From contig CAJXVC010000013.1 in assembly GCA_913060975.1 (NCBI GenBank), forward strand, positions 1,536-65,535: a stretch of 64,000 nt of DNA, written 5' to 3'. Shown one piece after another: positions 1-10,876 of this stretch (the stretch's first letter is position 1; every line of letters begins with the position of its first letter). The translations under genes were made by a program, and so were the position numbers. Below the pieces are notes generated by a model. That model did no database searches, was not told where the DNA came from, and saw only the letters and a program-made list of their open reading frames with translations. The stretch is from an uncultured Gammaproteobacteria bacterium. GTDB lineage: Bacteria > Pseudomonadota > Gammaproteobacteria > Pseudomonadales > Pseudohongiellaceae.

Positions 1-1170
1 ACCATTGATATTCACCGCATTGTTGCCAATGAACTCGCGCGCCATCTTGTTGGACTTGGCCAATTCGGTGCTAACCAGCACTTCGATCAACCCGGTACCG
101 GGCGCGAACGTCGAACTGGGCAGGCCATCAAGCTCTAATTGCGCCAGATCACTGCTGGTCAGCGCACTTAATTTGCCACTGAACAGCGCCTCGCTGATGC
201 GCCTGGCTGCGGTCAGCCCTTCAGGGCCGTGCAACAGCTCGGTCACTTGGGCCGCCAAAATGCCCTGAGCCTCGGGTTTGGTCCCCGAATTTTTGTCTGC
301 TTCTTCTATAGCAGCTATTTCACTCACACTCAGAAAGGTGAAATAGCGCAGGAATTTGTACACATCTGCATCGGCGGTATTAAGCCAGAACTGATAAAAG
401 GCATAGGGCGAGGTCTTGTTCGCGTCCATCCAGATCGTGCCCGACTCGGTTTTGCCGAACTTGCTGCCATCAGACTTGGTAATAAGAGGCAGTGTTGCCC
501 CGAATACCTGTTGCTGGTGCATACGGCGAGTCAGGTCTATGCCGCCGGTGATATTGCCCCACTGATCACTACCGCCGATCTGCAAAGTACAGTTATAGCG
601 CTTGTTGAGTTCGGCGAAATCATAGGACTGCAGAATCATGTAGGTGAACTCGGTAAAGGAAATACCCTCACCTTCGCGCTCAATACGCTGTTTCACCGAT
701 TCTTTCTGGATCATGGCGTTAACCGAGAAGTGCTTGCCGATATCGCGCAGGAAAGACAGCACATCAACATTCCGGGTCCAGTCCAGGTTATTCACCAGCA
801 GGGCCTTGTTGCTCCCGGAGTCGAAATCCAGGAACTGGCTCAACTGCGGCTTGAGGCGTTCGACCCACTGCTCAACCACATCGGAAGAGTTCAGGGCGCG
901 CTCGCTGTCCTTGAAACTGGGGTCGCCGATCAAGCCTGTGGCTCCGCCCACCAGGGCGATTGGCTGATGCCCGGCCATCTGAAAGCGCTTCAGAGCCAAT
1001 AAAGGCACCATGCTGCCGATGTGCAGACTGTCAGCGGTTGGATCGAAGCCGCAATAAAGAGTACGGCTGCCGCTTTGTAGGTGTGCTTTCAAATCGTCAC
1101 CGCCCGCGAGCTGATTAATCAGCCCCCGCGCTTCCAAATCACCAATAATGTCTTGAGCCTGAGTTGCCAC
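1..1170 (-). CDS. tyrS: Tyrosyl-tRNA synthetase; the C-terminal end runs off the window edge, ~390 codons present
   Basis: Open minus-strand frame from GTG at 1170. It is absent from the ORF track because there is no stop in the window. My translation reads [68 protein letters not shown], a class I HIGH-type TyrRS N-terminus. The Pseudomonas-like tyrS/M23/anmK/erpA/argC neighbourhood supports the call. Confidence 0.85.
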   Translation of the reverse strand, partial: MATQAQDIIGDLEARGLINQLAGGDDLKAHLQSGSRTLYCGFDPTADSLHIGSMVPLLALKRFQMAGHQPIALVGGATGLIGDPSFKDSERALNSSDVVEQWVERLKPQLSQFLDFDSGSNKALLVNNLDWTRNVDVLSFLRDIGKHFSVNAMIQKESVKQRIEREGEGISFTEFTYMILQSYDFAELNKRYNCTLQIGGSDQWGNITGGIDLTRRMHQQQVFGATLPLITKSDGSKFGKTESGTIWMDANKTSPYAFYQFWLNTADADVYKFLRYFTFLSVSEIAAIEEADKNSGTKPEAQGILAAQVTELLHGPEGLTAARRISEALFSGKLSALTSSDLAQLELDGLPSSTFAPGTGLIEVLVSTELAKSNKMAREFIGNNAVNING

Positions 1171-1387
1171 TACTAATACCTGACTGCTTCACAAAACTAA
1201 CAAAAAAACTGTAAATGCCGACCAATGCAAGAGAACGTACATTTATAGTCGTGCTAAATAAGGCGGCGATTTTACACCAGAACAGCTTACTTGTGCGTTT
1301 TGCGTAGAAATACAACTGGGCAATTTTTAATCACTTGCTATAATCCTGCGCTCTTGACCATTGGCAACACAGCACTGAATTCGATCT

Positions 1388-2827
1388 ATGGAATTACTGG
1401 AACTAGGCAAAGCATTCGTCCGTAAATACTATCCTCGTGATCATTTGTATCTCGCGGGTGGCTTGTCGCTGTTTGTTCTGGTCCTACTACTATTGCCTGC
1501 CGGCGAATCAGATGAAGCAGGTTTAGTCGGGACCGAGGGGGCTGATGTCCCGCAAATGACTACCTCCATACCCGTAGCAGTCGCTCCGAACTCAGCAACA
1601 CAAGTAAACACTTCCCAACCCACAACAGCACAGCGCTCCGCACTTTCGGCGGATGATCTGGATGCCTTTGTGGTCTCGGAAGAAGCTGAACCTCTGGCCG
1701 ACATCACTGTCTGGCAGAACATCGAGGTCAAGAAAGGCGACACTCTTTCCACTATTTTCTCGCAAGTAGGCCTGAACGACCGCGATGTGTATCAGGTGCT
1801 GAACAGCAGCGATGAAGCCAAGGTCCTGAACCGCCTTTATCCCGGTTATCAATTGGACTTCATGATCCCTAATGAGGGAGAACTGGAACAATTGCGCGTA
1901 TTGAGCTCGCCGCTGGAAGGGTTTTTGTTCAAACGTGGCGACGACGGCTATCAAGTCGAACGGATTCTCAAGGAAGCGCAACTATCCCAAGCCTATAAAG
2001 TAGGCACCATCGCCGACAGCCTGTTCATGGCTGGTCAGCGCGAAAATATCCCCGCCGTCCATATCATGGAAATGGCCAATATTTTTGGCGGCGTTATCGA
2101 CTTCATCCTCGACCCACGCGCCGGCGACCAATTCAGCATTCTGTATGATGAAAAGTATCTGGACGGTGAATTCATCGGGCCAGGCGATATCATGGCCACG
2201 CAGTTCGTCAATCAGGGCCGCGTCTACACCGCGATCCGTTATGTCGACGAAGAAGGCGAGGTTGGCTACTACTCCCCGGAAGGCGAGAGCATGCGCAAGG
2301 CGTTCCTGCGCAACCCTCTGGATGTTTTCCGCATCAGCTCCAACTTCAATCCCAACCGCCGCCACCCTATTTTAAATACGATTCGTGCTCATAAAGGCAC
2401 GGATTACGCGGCACCAACAGGCACGCCGATACGCGCGACAGGCGATGGCCGTGTCACCCATGCTGGCCGTTTGGGTAGTTTTGGTAATCTGGTTGTGGTC
2501 AAACATGCTGGCGGTTTTGAAACCAAATACGCGCACTTGTCGCGTTATGCCCGCGGCATCAGCAAGGGCGACCGGGTGCGTCAGGGTGATGTGATCGGTT
2601 ATGTCGGCGCCACTGGTGGCGCAACAGGCCCGCACTTGCACTACGAATTTCTCGTTAACGGTGTTCATCAGAACCCGCGAACTATTCTGGATCGTCTGCC
2701 AAAAGCCGAATCCATTGACCCCACCGAAATGGACCGCTTCAGAAGCCAGACCGCTGATCTGTTGCAGCGTTTTCAGCAGATGAACTCTACGCTGACGCTG
2801 AACTTGAATCAGTCCACCGCTGATTGA
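1388..2827 (+). CDS. mepM: M23-family murein endopeptidase (N-terminal membrane anchor, LysM/OapA-like region, C-terminal LytM domain)
   Basis: 479-aa ORF with metallopeptidase motifs HKGTDYAAPTGTPIRATGDGRV and GATGGATGPHLHYEF (HxxxD / HxH). Conserved position between tyrS and anmK. Confidence 0.8.
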   Translation: MELLELGKAFVRKYYPRDHLYLAGGLSLFVLVLLLLPAGESDEAGLVGTEGADVPQMTTSIPVAVAPNSATQVNTSQPTTAQRSALSADDLDAFVVSEEAEPLADITVWQNIEVKKGDTLSTIFSQVGLNDRDVYQVLNSSDEAKVLNRLYPGYQLDFMIPNEGELEQLRVLSSPLEGFLFKRGDDGYQVERILKEAQLSQAYKVGTIADSLFMAGQRENIPAVHIMEMANIFGGVIDFILDPRAGDQFSILYDEKYLDGEFIGPGDIMATQFVNQGRVYTAIRYVDEEGEVGYYSPEGESMRKAFLRNPLDVFRISSNFNPNRRHPILNTIRAHKGTDYAAPTGTPIRATGDGRVTHAGRLGSFGNLVVVKHAGGFETKYAHLSRYARGISKGDRVRQGDVIGYVGATGGATGPHLHYEFLVNGVHQNPRTILDRLPKAESIDPTEMDRFRSQTADLLQRFQQMNSTLTLNLNQSTAD

Positions 2828-2833
2828 GGCCTC

Positions 2834-3943
2834 ATGACGCAAGCTAACCTATATATTGGGCTGATCTCCGGCACCAGTGTCGATGGCGTGGATTGTGTGC
2901 TCGTCGAATTCGATGGCAAGCGCCCCAACCTGATCGCCAGCTTGTTCAAACCCAGTAGCGCCAAGCTCAGAGAGCGTATCCTGCACCTGTGTGACGGTGA
3001 GGAAATTACCCTCAAAATGCTCGGCCAGACTGATACCTCTATCGGTCACTTCTTCGCCGATGCAGCCACGGAATTATTGGAAGTCGCCAAGGTGCCTGCC
3101 AGTGCTGTTCGAGCCATTGGTAGTCACGGGCAAACGGTCTGGCATCAACCGGATGGTCGCTACCCCTTTACTATGCAACTTGGCAATCCCAACATCATTG
3201 CCCAGCAAACCGGTATCACAGTAGTGGGTGATATGCGCGGCCGTGACATGGCTGCTGGTGGCGAAGGTGCGCCTCTGGCACCGCTACTGCATCGCAATGT
3301 ATTCCATTCGCAGAATGTGGATCGCGCTGTAATCAACATTGGCGGCATCTCCAACCTGACTGTCCTGCCTCGCGAAGGCGCTTGCACAGCATTCGATACC
3401 GGGCCTGGCAATGTGCTGATGGATTACTGGATCGACAAGCATCGCCAACAACGCTACGACAAAGATGGCGCCTGGGCAGCGAGCGGCCAATTCAATCTCG
3501 GCTTACTCAACGCACTCCTGGACGAACCTTATTTTTCCCGCCCGCTCCCCAAGAGCACGGGGCGCGAGTTGTTCAATGGTCGTTGGCTTGAATCACGACT
3601 GGGTCGTGGCGGCATGGAAATTCCTGCTGCCGATGTACAAGCCACCTTGCTTACCCTCACCGTCACTACCATCGTCCGTGACTTGACGCGCTACTGCGCG
3701 CCGCAAGAGATCTACGTGTGTGGCGGAGGCGCTCATAACAAGACGCTAATGTCGGAACTGAGCAAAGTGGCGAGCGATATCTCTGTAACTTCTACCGCCA
3801 GCCTTGGCGTTGATCCTGACTGGGTAGAGGCCATCGCCTTCGCCTGGATGGCGCAGCAAACAGTTAATGGCGAGAAGATCGACACCAGCGCGTTTACTGG
3901 CGCCCGGGAACCGGTCTTTTTGGGCGGGATTTATCAGGCTTAG
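2834..3943 (+). CDS. anmK: Anhydro-N-acetylmuramic acid kinase
   Basis: 369-aa ORF. The N-terminus YIGLISGTSVDGVDCVLVEF and overall length are typical of AnmK. Synteny with the M23 peptidase supports the call. Confidence 0.85.
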   Translation: MTQANLYIGLISGTSVDGVDCVLVEFDGKRPNLIASLFKPSSAKLRERILHLCDGEEITLKMLGQTDTSIGHFFADAATELLEVAKVPASAVRAIGSHGQTVWHQPDGRYPFTMQLGNPNIIAQQTGITVVGDMRGRDMAAGGEGAPLAPLLHRNVFHSQNVDRAVINIGGISNLTVLPREGACTAFDTGPGNVLMDYWIDKHRQQRYDKDGAWAASGQFNLGLLNALLDEPYFSRPLPKSTGRELFNGRWLESRLGRGGMEIPAADVQATLLTLTVTTIVRDLTRYCAPQEIYVCGGGAHNKTLMSELSKVASDISVTSTASLGVDPDWVEAIAFAWMAQQTVNGEKIDTSAFTGAREPVFLGGIYQA

Positions 3944-4043
3944 TATAAACTATCTAGAGTTAATCCATTCTCAGCTACACTTTCAATTTCTTTTATTCAA
4001 ACTCCCCGTTCTAATTATTCCAATGCTGGAATAACGCGCTAGT

Positions 4044-4175
4044 CCAGAGGGTGTGGAAAAGCCCGGCTACTTGCCCCCTCCGGGGTTGCCCTCCCTCGGT
4101 CGGAAGCCCTGGAACGCGGTCTTCCTCGGTCAGTCGGTGCTGCGTTCTAATGCCGGGCTTTTCCACACCCTCTGG
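4044..4175. repeat. Perfect 24-bp inverted repeat (CCAGAGGGTGTGGAAAAGCCCGGC / complement) around an 84-nt spacer; REP/MITE-like or very long hairpin
   Basis: Arms at 4044-4067 and 4152-4175 are exact reverse complements. The spacer contains internal CCTCGGTC direct repeats. The element lies in the anmK-erpA intergenic gap. Confidence 0.7.
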
Positions 4176-4529
4176 CCCAGCGCTTGCAGTTCCCATTGGC
4201 CATCATGCACACCCGCATTGCCTTTGAATCGAAGCCACTCCACTTTCCAAATGCGTATCACTTTGTCGGGCTGCGGGCTGTCTGCGCAAGTCACGTCAAA
4301 GGCGCACGCCGAGCGCAGCAAAAAGACCGCCTTTTGGGCTTTTTGCGAAGAGAGGACAGCCCGGAAGGCCGGCGCCAGTGACTTGCACAGGCGGCTCACA
4401 GTCCGACTCGAGGCCATCAGCCTGAACCAAGCTGAACAGGAAAAAATTTTGAGGATAAGAGCAGAATCACTTCTGTCGGTGAAAGTTCGGAGCAATCAGC
4501 ACCGAACAACTGAAGCAAGAATTAAACAG

Positions 4530-4883
4530 TTAGATAGTAAAAGAAGAACCGCAACCACAGGTACTGGATGCCATCGGATTCTCGACGACAAAGCGCGAGC
4601 CTTCCAGACCTTCCAAATAGTCGACCTTGGCGCCGACCAGATACTGATAGCTCAACGGATCAACCAGCAGGCTGGCGCCCTTGTGCTCGATGACAGTGTC
4701 GTCGTCGTTCACCGCCTCATCAAAGGCAAACCCGTACTGAAAACCTGAGCAGCCGCCACCGGTGACGAACACCCGCAGTTTCAGCTGATCATTGCCTTCC
4801 TCGGCAATCAGGCTGTGCACCTTGTTCGCCGCGTTGTCTGTGAAAGACATAATTACCGGTTCTTGTGACTGTACTGCTGACAT
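4530..4883 (-). CDS. erpA: Iron-sulfur cluster insertion protein ErpA (A-type carrier)
   Basis: Start chosen at [22 protein letters not shown], giving 117 aa. Motifs [13 protein letters not shown] and the C-terminal CGCGSSF are A-type carrier signatures. The longer track ORF (to 5012) has an implausible leader. Confidence 0.85.
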   Translation of the reverse strand: MSAVQSQEPVIMSFTDNAANKVHSLIAEEGNDQLKLRVFVTGGGCSGFQYGFAFDEAVNDDDTVIEHKGASLLVDPLSYQYLVGAKVDYLEGLEGSRFVVENPMASSTCGCGSSFTI

Positions 4884-5008
4884 ACTTGGCTCTGCGTATT
4901 TTAAGGACTGTGAATATTGAGTCTGTTGAAAATACTGAACTGACCGGGAATTGCGCACTGACGCGCTCCGGCCAACACCCCGATTATCGCAATAACTGAG
5001 TAAAACAG

Positions 5009-5458
5009 TCAATTATTCTCGACAGCGGGCTTATCGAACTCCAGTTTCTTGTTATCTGCGCTCAATCGCTTGGTTTCGGCCTGCTGGCCACCGCTAATGT
5101 GCATCAGATTGCCATTGACCTCTGAGCCCATCACCATCTCGATCAGATTGTAATAGACGTTGCCTACAACCGTGGCTTTGGCAGCCAGCTCAATGTGATT
5201 GGCCGAACGCACATCACCCTGTACCAAGCCATTGATGATGGCAGAAGGGACGCAAATCTCGCCTTCCACAGCGCCTTTCTCGGCTACTCTGATCAGGGCC
5301 TTGGAGTCGTCTTCGGCGTAAATATTGCCTTTAACGCGCCCTTCGATGATCAGCTCGCCGCTGAAATGAATGTCACCAACCACCTCCGTGGAACGTGAAA
5401 CCAGCGTGTGAGCCGGACCTCCGGTCACTTTAGGTTCTGCTGATTTGTTATTGAACAT
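5009..5458 (-). CDS. Bactofilin-family polymer-forming protein
   Basis: Repetitive beta-helix pattern: [23 protein letters not shown]...[20 protein letters not shown]...[18 protein letters not shown] Shine-Dalgarno 7 nt upstream of the ATG (MFNNK). Confidence 0.75.
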   Translation of the reverse strand: MFNNKSAEPKVTGGPAHTLVSRSTEVVGDIHFSGELIIEGRVKGNIYAEDDSKALIRVAEKGAVEGEICVPSAIINGLVQGDVRSANHIELAAKATVVGNVYYNLIEMVMGSEVNGNLMHISGGQQAETKRLSADNKKLEFDKPAVENN

Positions 5459-5501
5459 TTGTCTTTCCTCCACGGATCTGGATCAACTGCCATTGCGAGA
5501 A

Positions 5502-6248
5502 TTACTCGCCTTCGACTACCCAAGTAAAATTCTGGCTTATATTTTTCTCAACTGGCTCGTCAGCGACGGCCGCAATTTGTACTCGTTCCGGGGTAAAACC
5601 CTCAGGAAGTGCCAGCTCACCCTCGATATTCTGAAAATAGCGAAAGCGCAGGCGCATATCCAATTGCTCTACGTCTTCGGAAATATCACGTAGTGGCAGA
5701 ATCTGCTGTTCCCCGCCTATTGTACCAATCAGATTCACATTCGCATGCCCGATCAGGTAGGTATCTCCATCGGCATCTTGCTGGCGCATGACCAGTTTAT
5801 AACGATAACGTCGCGATTGGTCCGTCGCACTGATATCAAATTGACCGATAGTCAGCCCGGTATCCTCAGTCTCTTCGTTCACAACCTGCCGATAATAGAC
5901 AATTTCCTGCTCTAACTGGGCAACTCGTGTTCGCAGCCCGGATATCGTTGACTGCACTTCTTCATTGGCGCGCTGATCCATCTGACTGGATCGATCCAGA
6001 ATCGTGATCTGTCGGCGCAGATCACCGTTTTCCGCCTGCAAGGCCGAGATCTGCTGCTGTAATTCCACACGCTCGGCCAGATCACCCTGTTGCTGGGAAA
6101 TCGTTGTGTAGTAGCCATAGCCAAAGCCGCCCGCCGCTGTCGCCGCGACCGCCAGCGTAATCAACAGAATAGAAACGAAGCGACGCCCCGGTCGATGGGG
6201 CACCACTACCATTTTCTGTTGTTTACTGCCTTTTACTACATTGGGCAT
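5502..6248 (-). CDS. Conserved membrane-anchored coiled-coil protein of unknown function
   Basis: 248-aa ORF with an N-terminal TM helix (FVSILLITLAVAATAAGGFGYGYY) followed by a heptad-rich segment (LQQQISALQAENGDLRRQITILD). Same strand as the bactofilin and erpA genes. Confidence 0.6.
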   Translation of the reverse strand: MPNVVKGSKQQKMVVVPHRPGRRFVSILLITLAVAATAAGGFGYGYYTTISQQQGDLAERVELQQQISALQAENGDLRRQITILDRSSQMDQRANEEVQSTISGLRTRVAQLEQEIVYYRQVVNEETEDTGLTIGQFDISATDQSRRYRYKLVMRQQDADGDTYLIGHANVNLIGTIGGEQQILPLRDISEDVEQLDMRLRFRYFQNIEGELALPEGFTPERVQIAAVADEPVEKNISQNFTWVVEGE

Positions 6249-6305
6249 ACAGTTAGCGTCTCCAGAAGATCACAACGCTTTGACTAAAAAGTTTACCCCT
6301 GCCGC

Positions 6306-7349
6306 CTAAGGCGACAGAGCAATGACCTGTAATCCGGTCTTTTCAGCGTAGCCAAACATGATATTCATACTCTGAATGGCTTGACCGGCTGCGCCTTTGA
6401 CCAAATTGTCTTCTGCTGACAAGACGACGATTGTGTCAGTATCTTCTATATAAGACACTGAGATCGCACATTTGTTAGAGCCTTTGACCATACGCGTCGC
6501 CGGTAATTCGCCTGCCGGCAACACATCGACAAAAGGCTCGGTAGCATACCGGGCCTCAAAAATTGATTGCAACTGCTCAGCAGTCACCTCGGCGCCGGGT
6601 TTCACTGGCGCGTAGAGAGTCGCGAGAATACCGCGAATCATCGGCGTCAGGTGCGGAATAAAGGTGAGCTTCACCGGTGCTCCGGCAGCCCGCATCAAGC
6701 CCTGACAGATTTCCGGGTGATGCCTGTGGCCACTCACGCCGTAAGCTCGAATCGACTCGCTGGCCTCACACAACAGAAACTCTTCGGCGGCCTTGCGGCC
6801 GGCGCCACTGACCCCTGACTTGGCGTCGGCGATCAGGTGCTGGCGATCGATCAAATCATTTTCCAGCAGTGGCAGAAAGCCGAGCTGAATCGCAGTTGGG
6901 TAACAGCCAGGCACGGCAAGCAGTTGGGCATCCGCGATCGCCGCCCGATTCACCTCCGGCAGACCATAAACCGCCTTGGCAACCAAATCCGGGCACGCAT
7001 GAGTGGTCTTGTACCACTGTTCCCACAAAGCAATATCCTGGATCCGGAAATCCGCAGACAAATCGATCACCCGCACACCCTGCTCCAGCAAGGCCGGGAC
7101 TGTATGCATGGCCACCGCATGAGGCGTGGCATAAAACACCACATCGCATTCGGCCAGCAAGGGCGTATCGGGCGCGGAAAAAGCCAAGTCGATGTGGCCC
7201 CGCAAGTTCGGAAAATGCTTGTAGATCGGTGTGCCAGCCAATTCACGGGAGGTAACCACCGTAATCTCGACCTGATCATGACCGGCCAACAGTCGCAGTA
7301 GTTCCACGCCTGTATAGCCCGTACCACCGATAATTCCAGCTTTAATCAC
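6306..7349 (-). CDS. argC: N-acetyl-gamma-glutamyl-phosphate reductase
   Basis: 347 aa. Motifs [21 protein letters not shown] (NAD-binding) and VPGCYPT (active-site Cys) are typical ArgC. Confidence 0.9.
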   Translation of the reverse strand: MIKAGIIGGTGYTGVELLRLLAGHDQVEITVVTSRELAGTPIYKHFPNLRGHIDLAFSAPDTPLLAECDVVFYATPHAVAMHTVPALLEQGVRVIDLSADFRIQDIALWEQWYKTTHACPDLVAKAVYGLPEVNRAAIADAQLLAVPGCYPTAIQLGFLPLLENDLIDRQHLIADAKSGVSGAGRKAAEEFLLCEASESIRAYGVSGHRHHPEICQGLMRAAGAPVKLTFIPHLTPMIRGILATLYAPVKPGAEVTAEQLQSIFEARYATEPFVDVLPAGELPATRMVKGSNKCAISVSYIEDTDTIVVLSAEDNLVKGAAGQAIQSMNIMFGYAEKTGLQVIALSP

Positions 7350-7560
7350 AACTCACTCCATTGTTTCGGTACAGCGCGGATCAGAGTAACCCGCCCAAGA
7401 GGGGTCGCTATCTTACACCGCCTCCTTAAATTTACGAAACCAAAGTAATTCAAGGCGTTAAATCAATAGCTTAGCAGCGACTGGCCTAGTTCCCAAGACC
7501 TCTGCCAATCGCTATCATAGCCGCTATACAAGCATTTAATCAGCAGGCAAGAAATCGACT

Positions 7561-7986
7561 ATGCTCTGGATCAAGGCCTTTCATATTATTGCCATCGTGA
7601 CATGGTTCAGCGGTTTGTTTTATCTGCCGCGCCTGTTCGTCTATCACGCCATGAGCGAAGACCAGATCAGCCGCGACCGTTTCGTTATCATGGAGCGCAA
7701 GCTGTTCTGGGGGATTACCACCCCATCGGCCATTGTTGCAGTATTGCTCGGTGCTTGGTTGCTTGGCTCGAATTGGAGTTACTTCATGGCCTGGTGGTGG
7801 ATGCACGCCAAGCTGGGACTCGTGGCACTGTTACTTGTCTATCATTTCCTCTGCTGGCGGCATCTGGTACAACTGCGCGAAGGTCACAGCACTCGCAGTC
7901 ACGTCTATTTCCGTGTCTTCAATGAACTACCGGTATTCCTATTGCTCGGCATCGTCATTTTGATTGTCGTCAAACCCACGCTCTAA
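7561..7986 (+). CDS. hemJ: Protoporphyrinogen IX oxidase HemJ-type membrane protein
   Basis: 141 aa. MLWIKAFHIIAIVTWFSGLFYLPRLFVYHA is the characteristic HemJ/UPF0093 N-terminus. Four predicted TM helices. Confidence 0.8.
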   Translation: MLWIKAFHIIAIVTWFSGLFYLPRLFVYHAMSEDQISRDRFVIMERKLFWGITTPSAIVAVLLGAWLLGSNWSYFMAWWWMHAKLGLVALLLVYHFLCWRHLVQLREGHSTRSHVYFRVFNELPVFLLLGIVILIVVKPTL

Positions 7987-8020
7987 ATCGTCGCGGAGCT
8001 TTTCTTCTGACCCTCACCCT

Positions 8021-8821
8021 ATGACAAGTGGACTGGACACCAACAAGCCAGCAGTTATGTGCTTTTCCGGGCTCGATCCCACCGGAGGTGCTGGCATTCA
8101 GGCCGACATTGAAACCCTGTTCAGCATCGGCTGCCACTGCTGCCCAATTGCCACTGTGCTCACCGCACAAACTACCCAGAATGCGTTGAGCGCCACGCCC
8201 ACCGAGCCAGCATTGCTGATCGAACAGGCGCGGGCCGTGCTGGAGGACATGCAGATACAAGCCATCAAAATAGGCTTGCTGGGCAGTGTAGCGAGTGTCG
8301 AAGTTATTCACACACTGCTTAAAGATTACGCCGACATCCCCGTTGTGCTCGACCCGGTGCTAGTAGCCGGTGGTGGCTTCGAATTCAGCAATCAGGATAT
8401 TCAGGATGCGATACGCGAGCTGCTCATACCACTTTGCACCGTCCTGACACCGAACACCATTGAAGCCAAAGCACTGGCACCCAGCGGCGATAATCTCGAC
8501 GCCTGCGCCAATGAACTCATCGACATGGGCTGCGAACATATCCTGATCACCGGCACCCATGCGCAAACTGATCAAGTCCACAACCGCCTCTATTCACTGC
8601 ATCATGAAGCCAGTGACTATCAATGGCCAAGGCTGCAGTTTGATTATCACGGTTCGGGTTGCACATTGGCTGCCGCAATCGCCGGTTATCTTGCTCATCA
8701 TCTGACAGTGCCCGATGCTGTGCAGCAAGCCCAGCGCTTTACCTGGGAGTCATTGAATAGCGCCGAACGCCAGGGCTTTGGCCAGCACATACCCGATCGC
8801 AGCTATTGGAAGAAGCGCTAA
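8021..8821 (+). CDS. thiD: Hydroxymethylpyrimidine / phosphomethylpyrimidine kinase
   Basis: Start taken at ATG 8021 (MTSGLDTNKPAVMCFSGLDPTGGAGIQADIE). Contains the ThiD GxDPxGGAGxxAD motif. Followed by thiE. Confidence 0.85.
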   Translation: MTSGLDTNKPAVMCFSGLDPTGGAGIQADIETLFSIGCHCCPIATVLTAQTTQNALSATPTEPALLIEQARAVLEDMQIQAIKIGLLGSVASVEVIHTLLKDYADIPVVLDPVLVAGGGFEFSNQDIQDAIRELLIPLCTVLTPNTIEAKALAPSGDNLDACANELIDMGCEHILITGTHAQTDQVHNRLYSLHHEASDYQWPRLQFDYHGSGCTLAAAIAGYLAHHLTVPDAVQQAQRFTWESLNSAERQGFGQHIPDRSYWKKR

Positions 8822-8826
8822 GCCTT

Positions 8827-9468
8827 ATGACAAACCCAGTAACGACGCTGCATGGTCTCTATGGCATCACCGATGCGACTTTGCTGCCAGACGCACGTTT
8901 ATTCACCGGCGTAGAACAGGCGTTACAAGCTGGAGTACGACTCATTCAGTATCGCAACAAATCCGGCGATGCGCGCAAGCGATTGCTTGAAGCACGCCAG
9001 TTAGTTGCGCTCTGTGAACACTACAGCGGCTGCCTGATCATTAATGATGATGTCCAGTTATGCCGTGACAGCGGCGCGCATGGTGTGCATTTGGGGCAGA
9101 CGGACACGCCTGTTGATGTAGCCAGACACGAACTGGGGAGCGCTATAATTATCGGCGCCACTTGCCATCAGGACATAGCGCTGGCACATAAAGCACAGGA
9201 AATGGGCGCCAGTTACGTTGCTTTCGGACGCTTTTTCCCCTCTTTCACCAAGCCCGGCGCTCCAGCAGCGGATTTATCGGTACTGCAAGCAGCAAAAGAG
9301 CAATTGACCGTGCCGACGGTTGCTATTGGTGGCGTCAATGCGGAAAATGGCGCGTCGTTGCTTGCTTCTGGCGCTAATATGCTGGCAGTTGCCCATAGTT
9401 TGTTTGCAACGAACGACATCAAGGCTAATGCCGAAAGTTTATTGAATCTGTTTCAGCAACAACGCTGA
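8827..9468 (+). CDS. thiE: Thiamine-phosphate synthase
   Basis: Begins [16 protein letters not shown]. Motifs [16 protein letters not shown] and AIGGV are ThiE-typical. Adjacent to thiD. Confidence 0.85.
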   Translation: MTNPVTTLHGLYGITDATLLPDARLFTGVEQALQAGVRLIQYRNKSGDARKRLLEARQLVALCEHYSGCLIINDDVQLCRDSGAHGVHLGQTDTPVDVARHELGSAIIIGATCHQDIALAHKAQEMGASYVAFGRFFPSFTKPGAPAADLSVLQAAKEQLTVPTVAIGGVNAENGASLLASGANMLAVAHSLFATNDIKANAESLLNLFQQQR

Positions 9469-9503
9469 AACTGACCTATCCAGAGTTAACCAGAGTTAAT
9501 TGC

Positions 9504-10796
9504 ATGAATCACGATAATTCCAGGAATCTGTTCGACCTGGCACGTAAATATATACCGGGCGGTGTTAATTCACCCGTGCGCGCATTCAAGAGCGTGGGCG
9601 GCGACCCATTGTTTTTCAAAGCCGGCGAAGGCGCCTGGCTAACCGATTCTGACGACAATCGCTATATCGATTACGTCGGTGCCTGGGGCCCGTTAATCCT
9701 CGGCCATCGCAATGAGAAGGTGATCGCAGCCCTGACCGAGCAATTGGAAAAAGGCCTGGGCTATGGCGCCTCGACAGAGGGTGAAGTCGAGATAGCGCAA
9801 AAGATCTGTGAACTCGTGCCATCCATTGAACAGGTTCGACTCGTTACGTCGGGTACGGAAGCAACCATGAGTGCCATTCGACTCGCGCGCGGCTTTACCA
9901 AACGCGACAAGGTTGTGAAGTTCGAAGGTTGTTACCACGGCCATGTCGACGGCCTGTTAGTGAAAGCAGGTTCAGGCGCTCTGACTCTGGGCGAACCGGA
10001 CTCTCTGGGCGTACCCAAAGCCTATACCAAACTTACCCATGTGCTGAGCTATAACGACATCGATGGCGTTAAAGAATTTTTTGCTGAACACGGCGACGAA
10101 ATTGCCTGCATCATTGTTGAGCCAGTAGCGGGCAACATGAATTTTGTCGCACCTGTGCCCGGGTTTCTGGAAACCCTGCGCGAAGTCTGCAGCAAACACG
10201 GCGCCGTATTGATATTTGACGAAGTCATGACAGGCTTTCGTGTCGGTTTAGGCGGGGCGCAAGGCGTTTATGGGGTGACTCCAGACCTGACCACACTGGG
10301 CAAGGTTATCGGCGGCGGATTACCCGTCGGTGCGTTCGGTGGCCGCAAGGACATCATGCAGCACATCGCGCCCAGCGGAGCTGTGTATCAAGCTGGCACT
10401 TTGTCTGGCAGCCCGCTGGCAGTCGCTGCCGGACTTGCAATGCTCAACAGCATCAGCGAGCCAGGTTTTTATGACAAACTCGGGTCGCAAGCTGAAAAGC
10501 TGGTTACCGGACTCAAAGAGCGCGCCGCAGCGGCCAATGTCCCCTTTACGACCAACCAACTGGGCGGCATGTTTGGCCTGTTTTTCAGTGGCGAGTCACA
10601 GGTTTCCCATTTCGAACAAGTCATGGCTTGCAACGCGGAGCACTTCCGCACGTTCTTTCATGCCATGCTGGATAATGGCGTCTATCTGGCGCCTTCTTCC
10701 TTTGAAGCTGGTTTTATTTCTGCCGCGCATGGCGATACCGAAATCGCCACAACACTCGATGCCGCCGAGCGCGCATTCGCTGCAATTGCTACCTGA
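9504..10796 (+). CDS. hemL: Glutamate-1-semialdehyde 2,1-aminomutase
   Basis: 430 aa. Motifs [21 protein letters not shown] and [17 protein letters not shown] (PLP Lys) are diagnostic of HemL. Confidence 0.92.
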   Translation: MNHDNSRNLFDLARKYIPGGVNSPVRAFKSVGGDPLFFKAGEGAWLTDSDDNRYIDYVGAWGPLILGHRNEKVIAALTEQLEKGLGYGASTEGEVEIAQKICELVPSIEQVRLVTSGTEATMSAIRLARGFTKRDKVVKFEGCYHGHVDGLLVKAGSGALTLGEPDSLGVPKAYTKLTHVLSYNDIDGVKEFFAEHGDEIACIIVEPVAGNMNFVAPVPGFLETLREVCSKHGAVLIFDEVMTGFRVGLGGAQGVYGVTPDLTTLGKVIGGGLPVGAFGGRKDIMQHIAPSGAVYQAGTLSGSPLAVAAGLAMLNSISEPGFYDKLGSQAEKLVTGLKERAAAANVPFTTNQLGGMFGLFFSGESQVSHFEQVMACNAEHFRTFFHAMLDNGVYLAPSSFEAGFISAAHGDTEIATTLDAAERAFAAIAT

Positions 10797-10876
10797 CTGG
10801 AAACAGTCTATTAAATTGCACGCAGAACACTGATACCACTTTCTAACTATTCACTGAACTATAGCAGGAACATACA

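Noticed and set aside
229-1002. 257-aa and 107-aa plus-strand ORFs at the window start
   Set aside because: They are antisense shadows of the minus-strand tyrS frame, which translates into an unmistakable TyrRS N-terminus. Their sequences have no recognisable motifs.
4053-4748. 231-aa plus-strand ORF and 121-aa minus-strand ORF across the anmK-erpA gap
   Set aside because: They run through the inverted-repeat element and then antisense into erpA. Composition is Arg/Ser/Leu-rich and not protein-like. There is no Shine-Dalgarno.
6837-7301. Several 85-155-aa ORFs inside or antisense to argC
   Set aside because: These are alternative frames of a confidently identified gene, with Arg/Pro/Gly-rich junk composition.
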